This document shows positions 28,002-38,423 of a DNA stretch of 64,000 nucleotides, in pieces. How positions within the stretch are numbered: position 1 is the stretch's first letter; each line of letters opens with the position of its first letter. The notes below the pieces were generated by a model, which saw only the letters and a list, made by a program, of their open reading frames with translations, did no database searches and had not been told where the DNA came from. The stretch comes from Opitutales bacterium. Its GTDB lineage: Bacteria; Verrucomicrobiota; Verrucomicrobiia; Opitutales; Coraliomargaritaceae. The stretch lies in NCBI GenBank assembly GCA_018607135.1, contig JABBCA010000091.1, positions 26,798 through 90,797 of the forward strand, read 5' to 3'. The position numbers were made by a program, and so were the translations under genes.

Positions 28002-28043
28002 CGACTGCGATTACGACAACGACTACGATTAAGACAGCGACAA
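28002..28043. repeat. Seven degenerate hexamers (CGACTG CGATTA CGACAA CGACTA CGATTA AGACAG CGACAA) in the tlyA-nadK spacer
   Basis: Read directly. Period 6. Confidence 0.8.
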
Positions 28044-28122
28044 TCGGAGTATGAGCACCCGCCAGATGTTAGCAGTGTAGCGCATTTTTGAGACAGTCAT
28101 CTTGCGCGTCACCAAGCTAGTC

Positions 28123-28878
28123 CTACTCAGTTCGTTGTAATCCCATCAGAAACTCGCGGTTGCCGTCGGTGCCTTTGATGGGGGAGTCCATGGTGCCGAT
28201 GAGCTGCGCGCCGGGGAGCTCTGTTAAGGCGAAGGCTTTGATGCTTTCGAGCACGCGCTCGTGGATGGCTTCGTCACGAATGATTCCTTTGCCGGCATCG
28301 ACTTCGTGTTTCTCAGCCTCGAATTGTGGTTTGACGAGTGCGATGAGTCTTCCGCCGGGGGCCATGAACTGCCACATGGCGGGGAGGACTTTAGTGAGGG
28401 AAATAAAGGAAAGATCAGTGACGATGATTGGATACGCAGCAAGCGGCAGGTCGCCAGGTTGCATGTGGCGGGCGTTGGTCTTTTCTAGATTGGTGACTCG
28501 GTCATCTTGAATGAGTTTGTTGTGCATTTGCGCACGACCGACGTCGACACAGGTGGCGCTGATCGCGCCGCGTTGTAAGCAGCAGTCGGTAAAGCCTCCG
28601 GTGGATGCGCCGACATCGAGTATGGGCAGTCCATCGACGCGAATCTCGTATTGATTGAGGAAGCCTTCAAGTTTTTCACCGCCGCGACTGACGAAGCGTG
28701 GTGGTGACTCTACGGTGAGTGCGCTGTCGGCTGGAAGGCTGCGGCCCGGTTTATCTAGGCGCTCGGTGCCAAGTTTGACTTTTCCAGCAAGGATGAGTGC
28801 CTTGGCGCGTGAACGGGTATCTGCGAGACCGTTCGCGACGAGCAGCTCGTCGAGGCGAATCTTTTTAACCGAAGCCAT
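28123..28878 (-). CDS. tlyA: TlyA-family rRNA 2'-O-methyltransferase
   Basis: 251 aa with an N-terminal S4-like region (RLDELLV) and the SAM motif [12 protein letters not shown]. Confidence 0.88.
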   Translation of the reverse strand: MASVKKIRLDELLVANGLADTRSRAKALILAGKVKLGTERLDKPGRSLPADSALTVESPPRFVSRGGEKLEGFLNQYEIRVDGLPILDVGASTGGFTDCCLQRGAISATCVDVGRAQMHNKLIQDDRVTNLEKTNARHMQPGDLPLAAYPIIVTDLSFISLTKVLPAMWQFMAPGGRLIALVKPQFEAEKHEVDAGKGIIRDEAIHERVLESIKAFALTELPGAQLIGTMDSPIKGTDGNREFLMGLQRTE

Positions 28879-30156
28879 TTATACCTGCTCAGGGTCGGGA
28901 TTATTTCGCTGCACAAGCTCCACATCACTGGAACGAATGTGTAGATCGCGCTGAGGGAATGGAATCTCGATCCCGTTTTCTTTGAAAGTGTCCCAGACTT
29001 TTAATAGCACTTCACTGCGCACACTACCGACTCCGTTGGAAGGATCTGCAATCCACATTCGGAGCTCTAAATCCACTGAACTGTCGCCAAACCCATTCAG
29101 TAGGCAGCGCGGTTCTGGGCTTTTAAGAATACGCTCCACTGAATTGGTCGCATTGAGTATCAGTTGAATGCATTGATGTGGGTCTGAGCCATAAGAGACT
29201 CCGATGGGGACACGCACCCGCACCAAGTTGTCGGTAAAAGACCAGTTGATCACTCGCTGAGTAATGAGGTCTTCATTGGGGATGAGGTGCTCGGTGCCGT
29301 CGCGGGTAATGACGGATGCGTAACGTGCACGTAGATTGTTGATCCAGCCGTAGGTGCCATCAATTTCCACGACGTCGCCCGGCTTAATGGAATTGTCCAT
29401 GAGCAAGATGATGCCGCTGACGAAATTGGAGACGACTTTCTGTAAACCAAAACCAAGACCGATACCGATTGCACCACCAAGGAATGCGAATGCGGAGAGG
29501 TCTATTCCGATTGAGCCGATTGCGGTGATGACGGCAATCGTGATCAATACGATGCGCACGATCTTTGCGATCAGCACTTTAAGCGACGCACTCAGGCGTG
29601 GAATCAATTGAATCTGAGTTTCTGCGATACGTGCAATCGCGAGACCGACCCAAAGAGTGAGTGCGAAGGCGATGATACCCGCGAGAATTTTCCAAGCGGA
29701 GATGTTGATATCACCCATGGTAAAACTGAGGTCATCTAGAACTTGGATACTATCTTCGACGAGATTGAGTCCAAATAGTCCTGTGATTAGGTAGGCTACT
29801 GCGGCCACTGATTGTGCCCAAAAGCGCTCTTTAAGTAGACTGGTCAATAGGCCAATCAGTATCCATGCGCCGCCCAGATAAGTGAAGAAGCGCAGGACGG
29901 GTGTGTCGATGCCGATCAAGTAAGAAAAAATTAAAAAAATCGGTAACAAGGTGGCCCACTGTGCAATAAAGGGGAGATTGATGCGTATCCACAGCTTTGG
30001 ATTGAAGTGCTCGGCTTGTTGTTCCGTTTTGTTAGTCTTGAAAATGCGCTTGTATAGACTGAGTAGCATCAGCACTACGAGCACTTGCCAGAGGTCGCCG
30101 ATACTAAAGCCTTCTTGGGGGGCAAGGAGACTACCCCAATTTTTCATGAAATCCAT
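28879..30156 (-). CDS. Mechanosensitive ion channel (MscS family)
   Basis: 425 aa with multiple TM segments and a conserved beta-domain (PGDVVEIDGTYGWINNL...RDGTEHLIPNE). Its stop abuts the tlyA start. Confidence 0.85.
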   Translation of the reverse strand: MDFMKNWGSLLAPQEGFSIGDLWQVLVVLMLLSLYKRIFKTNKTEQQAEHFNPKLWIRINLPFIAQWATLLPIFLIFSYLIGIDTPVLRFFTYLGGAWILIGLLTSLLKERFWAQSVAAVAYLITGLFGLNLVEDSIQVLDDLSFTMGDINISAWKILAGIIAFALTLWVGLAIARIAETQIQLIPRLSASLKVLIAKIVRIVLITIAVITAIGSIGIDLSAFAFLGGAIGIGLGFGLQKVVSNFVSGIILLMDNSIKPGDVVEIDGTYGWINNLRARYASVITRDGTEHLIPNEDLITQRVINWSFTDNLVRVRVPIGVSYGSDPHQCIQLILNATNSVERILKSPEPRCLLNGFGDSSVDLELRMWIADPSNGVGSVRSEVLLKVWDTFKENGIEIPFPQRDLHIRSSDVELVQRNNPDPEQV

Positions 30157-30230
30157 AGCACTAGTAAGTTGTGTTTATTCAATGCCGCAATCTTTTTGCA
30201 TATTGTGCGAAAGCTATCACATTCTCCCAC

Positions 30231-31658
30231 ATGCGTCACTTTATTCTTAGTATTTTTACGATTGCCTCGATAGCCAGTAGCACCTTTGCCCAAAATAGGA
30301 TTGGGACTGGGGAGGTCGACAAATTGTATCAATCCATCTGTGCCAGTTGTCATGGCGAGGAATTAAGAGGAGGGCTAGGGGGTTCTTTGTTGGATAAAGA
30401 TGCTTGGAAGCAAGTGGGTAAGACCCAGTCGTTCATGGATTATGTGAAAGAAGGGAATCTCGAAATGGGCATGCCGTCTTTTGAAGGCGCTTTGACCGAC
30501 CCGCAAATTCGCTCTTTGGAAATATATATTGATGAAGTTATCCAAAAAACGGCTCGTGAAGACCAGCCTTTGATCAAAGAAATTGATGGCGTGTATTCGG
30601 CGGGCGGATACCAGTTTAAAGTAGAAACCATCCTTGATGGATTAAATCGCCCCTGGTCGGTGGTGTTTTTCTCTGAAGACAGCGGCTTTATCACCGAGAA
30701 AGGCGGCAACTTACGCATGTTTTGCGGTGAGGAACTCGGTGATCCTGTGCGAGGCATACCAGAAGTTTGGGCGCAGGGGCAAGGCGGCCTGTTAGAAGTC
30801 GCGTTGCATCCAGATTACCCGAAGACGCCATGGGTTTATCTCTCGTATTCTGCGAGTGGTGGTGAGGTAGATGGAAAAGCTGTCGGCATGACTAAGGTCG
30901 TGCGCGGGCGTATCTCGAATAACCAGTGGAGCGAGGAGCAAGTGATTTTTGAGGCGCCCTTAGAGTTGCATCGTGTCGGTGGGGCACACTTCGGTTCCCG
31001 GTTTGCCTTTAAGGATGGTTATCTGTTTTTCAGTATCGGTGACCGCGGTTCGATGGAAATGGCCCAAGATTTAAGTAAGCCAAATGGTAAGATACACCGA
31101 GTGCACGAAGATGGACGTGTCCCTACGGATAATCCATTCGTGAATGTTGCTGATGCCTATCCGACGATTTGGACCTATGGAAATCGCAATCCGCAAGGAT
31201 TGGACATACACCCAGCAACAGGAGAGTTGTGGGAGTCGGAGCATGGCCCACGTGGGGGGGATGAAATTAATGTGCTCGAGGGTGGAAAGAATTATGGTTG
31301 GCCGACGATCACTTATGGCATGCACTATAATGGTAAGCCGATCACTGAGAAGACTTCTCAGCCAGGAATGGAGCAGCCGAAGCATTATTGGACGCCTTCA
31401 ATTGCGGTGTGTGGTATCGACTTTTATGAAGGAGATGCATTTCCAGAATGGAAGAATCAATTACTCGTTGGCGGTCTGGCTTCTCAAGAATTGCACTTGT
31501 TAGAAATCGAAGAGGGGCGAGTGATTCACGATACAATCATTTTACACGACGTGGGTCGTGTGCGGGACGTGGCGAGTGCGCCTAATGGATACATTTATCT
31601 AGTTCTCGATAAGCTTGGCAAATTGGTGCGATTGGTTCCTACGGACTCATTCGAGTAA
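30231..31658 (+). CDS. PQQ-dependent (soluble) sugar dehydrogenase with an N-terminal c-type cytochrome domain
   Basis: The ATG at 30231 gives a signal peptide. It has the haem motif CASCH, then a YliI/GSDH-like beta-propeller (GLLEVALHPDY, GDRG, GHRNPQG-like NRNPQG). Confidence 0.8.
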   Translation: MRHFILSIFTIASIASSTFAQNRIGTGEVDKLYQSICASCHGEELRGGLGGSLLDKDAWKQVGKTQSFMDYVKEGNLEMGMPSFEGALTDPQIRSLEIYIDEVIQKTAREDQPLIKEIDGVYSAGGYQFKVETILDGLNRPWSVVFFSEDSGFITEKGGNLRMFCGEELGDPVRGIPEVWAQGQGGLLEVALHPDYPKTPWVYLSYSASGGEVDGKAVGMTKVVRGRISNNQWSEEQVIFEAPLELHRVGGAHFGSRFAFKDGYLFFSIGDRGSMEMAQDLSKPNGKIHRVHEDGRVPTDNPFVNVADAYPTIWTYGNRNPQGLDIHPATGELWESEHGPRGGDEINVLEGGKNYGWPTITYGMHYNGKPITEKTSQPGMEQPKHYWTPSIAVCGIDFYEGDAFPEWKNQLLVGGLASQELHLLEIEEGRVIHDTIILHDVGRVRDVASAPNGYIYLVLDKLGKLVRLVPTDSFE

Positions 31659-31665
31659 ATACAAT

Positions 31666-32520
31666 ATGAACCTGCGTGCAGTTGTTTATCTTGATTCTGC
31701 GAGTATTGAGCCTGCAGCTCAGCTGTGTGTGGATTTCGATGTGCCGTGTATGGATGGCTCCACGCTCGCCGCCTCAAAGCCAAAGTCGATTCAACGTTTA
31801 TTAGAGCAGGAGCTTGGTAGTGTAGCCAATGAGTGTGCATTTGTTTTGGGTAAAGCAGGGCTTCAGTTAGTAAGTTTTGATCCCAACAATGCTGTAGCGA
31901 TTGCGGCTAATTTTCATGGTGCGACCACCACTTACCGTAGACTCAAAGGTGGAGGGAAAGGGCAAACCATAGCCAAGGCTGTGGGTATTCGTGCAGGGGT
32001 GACTCCTCGTATTTTAGATGCAACGGCTGGCTTGGGCGGTGACTCTTTTGTTTTTGCCAGTTTAGGGTGTGAAGTCTCTATGATCGAGCGTGTGCCAGTG
32101 GTGCGCCACTTGCTTGCTGATGGCCTAGAACAGGCAACGCGTTATGCGGCAGTTGAGGATGCGGAGCTAATGAATGTCTTGCAACGCATGCAATTGATTG
32201 AAGCAGATTCCTTGGAGTATTTGAAACAACTTCCCGAAGAAGCGTCACCAGACGTTATTTATTTGGACCCGATGTTTCCAGAGCGAACCAAACAGTCTCT
32301 TGTTAAAAAAGAGATGCGAGTTGTTCACTCACTAGTAGGCTCGGATCCAGATGCAGATCAATTGCTGTCGCTAGCCATAGATAAGGCACGCTACCGGGTC
32401 GTGGTGAAGCGACCGCGTCTTGCGCCTTACTTGTCGGGAGTTGAGCCGAACCATGTGTTGTCAGGAAAAAGCAATCGTTACGACCTATACACAAAGTTGA
32501 AGATACCCGACGATTTGTAA
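31666..32520 (+). CDS. rsmJ: 16S rRNA m2G1516 methyltransferase RsmJ-like (SAM-dependent)
   Basis: The ATG at 31666 is preferred over the upstream alternative. It has DATAGLGGDSF and DVIYLDPMFP motifs. Confidence 0.75.
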   Translation: MNLRAVVYLDSASIEPAAQLCVDFDVPCMDGSTLAASKPKSIQRLLEQELGSVANECAFVLGKAGLQLVSFDPNNAVAIAANFHGATTTYRRLKGGGKGQTIAKAVGIRAGVTPRILDATAGLGGDSFVFASLGCEVSMIERVPVVRHLLADGLEQATRYAAVEDAELMNVLQRMQLIEADSLEYLKQLPEEASPDVIYLDPMFPERTKQSLVKKEMRVVHSLVGSDPDADQLLSLAIDKARYRVVVKRPRLAPYLSGVEPNHVLSGKSNRYDLYTKLKIPDDL

Positions 32521-32604
32521 GCTTTGGATGCGGTAGTTTATAGCCTCATCTTTACGAAATGAAGTCGTGACTGCGCAGGATTTATACTCTAACCTGTTGC
32601 CGCT

Positions 32605-33147
32605 ATGTTAGTATTAAAATACACCCCATACTTCTTCGTGCTTCTTTCAGCACTTTTATTCGTCGGTTGCCAAAGCACCGACTCTAGCAGCTCAGATGTG
32701 CAAGCAAACGCACCTGCTTCTGTTGTCAGTAAACCAGAGTCAAAGCAAAGCGCCTCAGGCAATGAGTGGATTGTTGCTGAGTTTGCGACGGATCAAACGC
32801 CTCAGCCTTCATTATCTGTCGAGACGAAGGCGCCTGTCTCTGAAGTTACGAAACCTATTGAAAACACTATGGTTTTGGATCGCAGAGCACAAAATCGATA
32901 CGATCAGTATGTGGACCCCACCAATCCTTCAGAGGAGCAAGTGATGCAAATTAGGGAAGTGGTTCAAAAGTGGTCAATGGAGAGGGCCATGATTGTCGAG
33001 GACACAACATTAACGGATCAAGAGAGAACGCGCGCCTTAACACGGGTGAATCAAAGTTGTCACCAAAAGATTGTCAGGGAAATCTTTAGCACGGAGCAGT
33101 TGGAAGCATATCGACTCTCGCGTGACAATCGTGTTAGGCGAAATTAA
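32605..33147 (+). CDS. Hypothetical lipoprotein
   Basis: 180 aa with a lipobox LFVGC. No family recognised. Confidence 0.6.
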   Translation: MLVLKYTPYFFVLLSALLFVGCQSTDSSSSDVQANAPASVVSKPESKQSASGNEWIVAEFATDQTPQPSLSVETKAPVSEVTKPIENTMVLDRRAQNRYDQYVDPTNPSEEQVMQIREVVQKWSMERAMIVEDTTLTDQERTRALTRVNQSCHQKIVREIFSTEQLEAYRLSRDNRVRRN

Positions 33148-33163
33148 GCACGTCCTTTTGCAA

Positions 33164-33191
33164 AGAGCACTTCTTCGGGAGTGCTTTTTTA
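33164..33191 (+). terminator. Intrinsic terminator
   Basis: 8-bp stem AGCACTTC/GGAGTGCT with a TTCG tetraloop, followed by TTTTTT. Confidence 0.8.
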
Positions 33192-33347
33192 TTAAGCGTG
33201 TAGTAGAATCCATGGGGTTGTAGCACGCGCTACAAGACATTGGGCACTATTACTGTCGTAAGCATTTTGTGCCTATAGTTGTCAGCAAATCAGCTTTTTT
33301 CAGCGGAGAGGTTGACCTTGCGAAAGAATTGGTTGGGATTCACGCTC

Positions 33348-34463
33348 ATGGAACCAAATTACACGAAATTGGCCGGCGTTTTGACCGGGTTTTCAACGAA
33401 TCTACAAAAAGGGGAGCGCGTGCTGATTGATGCGTTTGATATCCCTGAAGCTATGGTGGTCGCACTGGTGCGTGCGGCTCGTGAGTGCGGTGCGGTTCCA
33501 TTTGTCAATTTACAGCGTGCACGAATCAGTCGCGAATTGGTAAACGATATCGATATTGATCAATTTGAGACTCAAGCGACATGGGAGCTGGCTCGCATGC
33601 AAAAGATGGATGCCTACATTGCGGTGCGTGGCTCGGATAATATTTTTGAAATGTCGGACGTCGATCCGAGCAAGGTGAGCCGCGTGATGAAGGCGATGAA
33701 GGAAGTGCTCGATTATCGTGTGAATAAGACGAGGTGGGTAATCCTTCGTTGGCCGACTCCCGCGATGGCGCAGCAAGCGATGATGAGCACAGAGAGCTTC
33801 GAGGAGTTCTTCTTCCGTGTGTGCACTCAAGATTACGCTCGTATGACCGAGGGCATGCAGGCGCTTGAAGACCTTATGTCGAAGACAGACCGCGTAGAGT
33901 TGAAGGGGCCGAATACGGATCTGCGTTTTTCAATCAAAGGTATTGGCGCGGTTGCTTGTGGAGGCACGCATAACATACCCGACGGTGAAGTGTTCTCCTG
34001 CCCAGTTAAGGATTCTGTAGAAGGTGAGATTACTTATAACGCGCCGACGATTTACCAAGGGGTTTCGTTTGATCACATTCATCTTAAATTCGAGAAGGGG
34101 AAGATCGTGCATGCGGAGAGCTCTAATACCAAGCGCCTAAATGAGATCCTCGATTCGGATGAAGGTGCCCGTTATATTGGCGAGTTTGCGATCGGTTTTA
34201 ACCCGCACGTTTTGGAGCCGATGCGAGATATTCTTTTCGACGAGAAAATTGCGGGTTCCTTTCACTTCACTCCAGGTCAGGCTTACGAGGAGGCGGACAA
34301 TGGCAATCGCTCGCAAGTCCACTGGGACATGGTGCAAATTCAACGCCCAGAATACGGGGGCGGAGAAATTTGGTTTGATGGTGAGCTGATTCGCAAGGAC
34401 GGTTTGTTCGTGAAGGAAGCATTACAGAAGCTCAATCCAGACTATTTGCTCGGCGGTGAATAA
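33348..34463 (+). CDS. ampS: Aminopeptidase, M29 (AmpS/PepS) family
   Basis: The ATG at 33348 is preferred. [33 protein letters not shown] and VHWDMV are typical of the M29 family. Confidence 0.85.
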   Translation: MEPNYTKLAGVLTGFSTNLQKGERVLIDAFDIPEAMVVALVRAARECGAVPFVNLQRARISRELVNDIDIDQFETQATWELARMQKMDAYIAVRGSDNIFEMSDVDPSKVSRVMKAMKEVLDYRVNKTRWVILRWPTPAMAQQAMMSTESFEEFFFRVCTQDYARMTEGMQALEDLMSKTDRVELKGPNTDLRFSIKGIGAVACGGTHNIPDGEVFSCPVKDSVEGEITYNAPTIYQGVSFDHIHLKFEKGKIVHAESSNTKRLNEILDSDEGARYIGEFAIGFNPHVLEPMRDILFDEKIAGSFHFTPGQAYEEADNGNRSQVHWDMVQIQRPEYGGGEIWFDGELIRKDGLFVKEALQKLNPDYLLGGE

Positions 34464-35619
34464 GCAGGCCAAGGGTGCGAGCTCGCCGGATCTGGGTGTG
34501 TATGTGCACGTTCCTTTCTGTGCTTCCACTTGCGACTTCTGTGCCTTTTACCAGGAGAAGCCACGCCGTGGCGACTTGGACCGCTATCTTGCAGCGATGG
34601 ACGCTGAGTTTGCTTTGCTGCCCAAGGATCGTGTGGTCGACACGGTCTTTTGGGGTGGAGGCACGCCTGGTTTATTGGCTGCGAAGGACCTACAGCGCTT
34701 AGGCCGTTCTTTGTTGGGAAACTTAGATCAAGCTCCTAAGGAGTGGACTATTGAAATGGCACCTTCAACGGTGAAAGCGGATAAGTTGGCCGTGTTAAAA
34801 GAGCTTGGTGTGACTCGCATTTCAATGGGTGTGCAGAGCTTTCATCCTGAATTGTTGGAATCTCTAGGTCGCTTACATCGGCCGAATCAAATCTATACGG
34901 CGTGGGAGCGCGTGCGGGACGCGGGCTTTGCGCAAACCAATCTCGATCTGATGTTTGCGATTCCGAATCAGTCGATTGAGCAGTGGGAGTCGGACATCCG
35001 TGAAGCGGCTCGCTTAGGGCCTACGCATTTATCTACGTATTGTTTAACCTTTGAAGAGGACACCGCGTTGTATGTGAAGCTTTCACAGGGAAAGGTCTCT
35101 ATTGATGAAGATCGAGAGCTGCAGTTTTATGAGCGTGGCTGGGAATTGTTGGCAGAATTGGGATATACTCAATATGAAGTATCGAATTTCGCCAAGCCAG
35201 ATGCTGCGTGCATCCACAATGTGAATACTTGGCGTATGCAGGAGTGGATCGGTTGTGGTCCGTCTGCGGCGAGTCAGTATCAAAATGAGCGTTATCAGCG
35301 ACCTGCAAATCTTGATGAATGGGCCAGCTCAATGGAGTTGGGGAGTCCCGCAAAAACGGAGCAGGTGGCCTTGAATGATGCCATTTTATTGGCAGATGCG
35401 ATTGTCTTCGGCCTACGCATGAATCGCGGATGCGATTTGGCCGTGATTCAACAACAGTTTGCTGCGCCGAGTGTGATGCAGCGCTTGGAACCATTATTGA
35501 AGCAATTGCTTGGTGAAGGTCTTTTAGTTCGCCAGGGGGAGTGTATCCAGCTCACTCATCAAGGGCGCTTGGTGTGCGACGCGATTGGTAGTTCGATCTT
35601 GGAGGTCGTCGACGAATGA
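34456..35619 (+). CDS. hemW: Radical SAM haem chaperone HemW (oxygen-independent coproporphyrinogen oxidase-like)
   Basis: 387 aa with CxxxCxxC as [10 protein letters not shown]. Its GTG start overlaps the ampS stop. Confidence 0.85.
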   Translation: MNKQAKGASSPDLGVYVHVPFCASTCDFCAFYQEKPRRGDLDRYLAAMDAEFALLPKDRVVDTVFWGGGTPGLLAAKDLQRLGRSLLGNLDQAPKEWTIEMAPSTVKADKLAVLKELGVTRISMGVQSFHPELLESLGRLHRPNQIYTAWERVRDAGFAQTNLDLMFAIPNQSIEQWESDIREAARLGPTHLSTYCLTFEEDTALYVKLSQGKVSIDEDRELQFYERGWELLAELGYTQYEVSNFAKPDAACIHNVNTWRMQEWIGCGPSAASQYQNERYQRPANLDEWASSMELGSPAKTEQVALNDAILLADAIVFGLRMNRGCDLAVIQQQFAAPSVMQRLEPLLKQLLGEGLLVRQGECIQLTHQGRLVCDAIGSSILEVVDE

Positions 35620-36101
35620 GTGCATCCAAGTATCTGTTGATCGACGCGTATAATGTGATCTGTGCGACCGATCATTTGCGTAAATTACTGGAGGATAATC
35701 TAGACTCTGCACGCGATGAATTGGCAGAGATTGCAGCTTCCATTCATGATGCCGAAGGGGTGCGGGTGGCACTGATTCTTGACGGTAAGAATGATCTATT
35801 GGAAGTAGAGCACCCCTTTGGAAAGAAGACGTTTGAGTATTTGTATGCGCCTGTGGCGTTGACTGCTGACGGTGTGATTGAGCGAATTCTACGCCGAGTT
35901 AAAAAAGCCAGTGACGTGAGCGTAGTCAGTAATGATAATATGGTGCGCGAAGCTGCGCGTTCAACGGGTGCGATGGCACTACGACCCGAGGAGCTTTTTG
36001 AATGGGCGCGAGCGTGTGAGGCGCGCTTGTTGCAAGATGCGGCTCGGCGCCGCAAAGAGAATGCACAGGAGTGGCGCAACGGCTTGGATATCGAGCTGTA
36101 G
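35616..36101 (+). CDS. NYN/YacP-like (DUF901) predicted RNase-domain protein
   Basis: 161 aa starting YLLIDAYNVI. ATGA overlap with hemW. Confidence 0.7.
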   Translation: MSASKYLLIDAYNVICATDHLRKLLEDNLDSARDELAEIAASIHDAEGVRVALILDGKNDLLEVEHPFGKKTFEYLYAPVALTADGVIERILRRVKKASDVSVVSNDNMVREAARSTGAMALRPEELFEWARACEARLLQDAARRRKENAQEWRNGLDIEL

Positions 36102-36162
36102 GGGGGGATCCGAATTCTTACGGTTGACCTCTGCGATTGGATCACTTGCACTTTAGGACGTT

Positions 36163-37350
36163 ATGCAAGCAGATTTAGTTCAAGAAATTCAAGGACTTTA
36201 CGGGCCGTTTACTTTAACTGAGCGGGTGGTGCAAAAGATTTGGTTGCGACAGGATCTGGAGACATCGCACTTATCGACTGAATGTGGAAAGCGCTTGGAA
36301 GTGTTCAATCCGGGTCGTTGGAATTTATTGGGTGGTCCTGACTTTAAAGACGCTCGGCTTTTGATTGATGGCCAATCGGTGCTGGGGGATGTGGAGGTGC
36401 ATTTTTCATCGAGTGATTGGTATGCGCATCAGCATGACGTGAATCCAGAGTTTAATCGAGTGGTGCTGCATGTGGTTCTTTATGCAGATCGAGAGGGTGC
36501 TCAAGCAGTTCGAACTCAATCTGGATATGAGCCGCCACTGGTTGTGTTAATGCCGTTGCTAAATCGAGACCTTGAATCCTATGCGACCGACGAGGCTCTT
36601 TTAGAGATGGAAAAGGTGGATGATCTTGAGTGGGTTGCTTCTTTTCTTGAAAAGCCTGTTGAACAGCGGATGGCCACGATGCAGCAGTATGCTTTGAAAC
36701 GATGGAAGGGGAAAGTGGAGTTTGCACGTAAGCGCTTGGAGTCAACCAATTGGCGTGAAGCTTGCCATCAGTATTGCTTGGAAGTGCTGGGCTATTCACG
36801 CAACCGTGCTCCGATGTCTCATCTCGCATTGCGCTATACTCTAGATGAAATGCGGCTGTCTGACTACGGGGCTGAGGCACTGTATGAGGAAGAATCGGCG
36901 AATTGGAAGTTGAGCGGCCTGCGCCCCGCAAATCATCCGCTCAAGCGTTTACAGCAATATCTGGAAATTCTACAATCGAAGCCTGATTGGCCTATGGATT
37001 TGTATCAGTTCTTACAGGAGGCACCACATTTGGAAACAAGGCTCACGACTTCTGCGGCTCGAAAGTCATTACAAAGGGCTGACTCAGTGGATGCGCTTCG
37101 GATGGATCTCTTTGCCGGTCAAGTCGGTGTGTCACGCTTTCACACGATGATGGTGGATGCCTTCCTGCCCTTGGCTGAGGCTGAGGGGTGCCTGGATGCT
37201 CAATCATGCTGGTGGCACTGGTGGGCGGGGGATTGCCCAGATGTAGTGAAGCGCTTTTTAAAACATGCAGAATTGAGCGGTGCGAATCAGCCGATTAACA
37301 ACGGACTCGTGCAGGGTGCGCTTGCTTTGTTTATGAATCGTGATGCGTAA
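36163..37350 (+). CDS. DUF2851 family protein
   Basis: 395 aa. GDVEVHFSSSDWYAHQHDVNPEFNRVVLHVV is typical of DUF2851. Confidence 0.75.
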   Translation: MQADLVQEIQGLYGPFTLTERVVQKIWLRQDLETSHLSTECGKRLEVFNPGRWNLLGGPDFKDARLLIDGQSVLGDVEVHFSSSDWYAHQHDVNPEFNRVVLHVVLYADREGAQAVRTQSGYEPPLVVLMPLLNRDLESYATDEALLEMEKVDDLEWVASFLEKPVEQRMATMQQYALKRWKGKVEFARKRLESTNWREACHQYCLEVLGYSRNRAPMSHLALRYTLDEMRLSDYGAEALYEEESANWKLSGLRPANHPLKRLQQYLEILQSKPDWPMDLYQFLQEAPHLETRLTTSAARKSLQRADSVDALRMDLFAGQVGVSRFHTMMVDAFLPLAEAEGCLDAQSCWWHWWAGDCPDVVKRFLKHAELSGANQPINNGLVQGALALFMNRDA

Positions 37351-37667
37351 TTGAGTGGATTGGTTGAGTCGGCGCTCTGTATGCTGAGCGGCCCTATTTT
37401 TTCTGACTCCACTTACCCTGATGGTCGTCAGGTAGGAGTGCCTAACTTTCAAAGGGGTGCTATAAAACGCACTGGGTAAACTAAAAAAGTTGAAACAATC
37501 TGGGGGCGTCGGCCTCTGTGCCGACACCCCTGCGCAGTCGTGTGCGGACACGAAGATCCGCGCTCCCAATGTTCCAATTTTACCTCGCAGTAAATAATGG
37601 CACCCTTACAAACGTAACGCTTGAATTTCGCATCGACATTGAGCAATTGACCGTTATTTCTTGAGGC

Positions 37668-38369
37668 ATGTTTGAACGCGATTACCCAGTCCACTCGATG
37701 GCAAATGCGGAGCCTAGCAGCCGCGCTCGTTTTATTCGACGCACATATGCGCATTTAGCTGGAGCTCTGTTGGCCTTCGGTTTGCTTGAGGCGTTTCTTT
37801 TGCAGCTTGAGGTTTCATACACTTTGAGTGAGCGAGTGCTGTCTTCGCAGTATGGTTGGTTGATGGTATTGGGTGCATTCATGCTCGTCGGATGGTTCTG
37901 CCGTGGTATGGCTAGCTCAAGTTCGAGTAAGGCCGTGCAGTATGCAGGTCTCGGGCTGTATGTGGTCATTGAGGCAATAATCTTTGTGCCGCTAATTATT
38001 CTGGCGCTAGGGGTTGCTGGGCCCGGCCTATTAATGGAAGCGGGGATCATGACGGGCTTACTGTTTGCGGGGTTAACTGCGACCGTTTTCATGACACGCA
38101 AGGATTTCTCATTTTTGAAATCGGCTCTAACCGTCGGATTCTTCATTGCAATGGGCTTGATTGTCTGTGCGGTGCTGTTTGGTATCTCACTAGGAACATG
38201 GTTCTCAGTTGCAATGATCGTTGTGGCAGGTGGAGCGATTCTTTATGACACTTCGAATGTGCTGCATCATTATGATGAAGATCAATATGTGGGTGCTTCA
38301 TTAGAGCTGTTTGCTTCGATTGCGCTCTTGCTATGGTATGTGATTCGTTTGTTGATGTCTCGCGATTAG
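37668..38369 (+). CDS. Bax inhibitor-1/YccA family membrane protein
   Basis: 233 aa with 7 TM segments, FIRRTYAHLAGALL at the N-terminus and a basic C-terminal tail. Confidence 0.85.
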   Translation: MFERDYPVHSMANAEPSSRARFIRRTYAHLAGALLAFGLLEAFLLQLEVSYTLSERVLSSQYGWLMVLGAFMLVGWFCRGMASSSSSKAVQYAGLGLYVVIEAIIFVPLIILALGVAGPGLLMEAGIMTGLLFAGLTATVFMTRKDFSFLKSALTVGFFIAMGLIVCAVLFGISLGTWFSVAMIVVAGGAILYDTSNVLHHYDEDQYVGASLELFASIALLLWYVIRLLMSRD

Positions 38370-38423
38370 ATCCATTTAGAGACATTGACCTTGGTGCTGG
38401 TTTATCGCTAAGGTGTCAGCATT

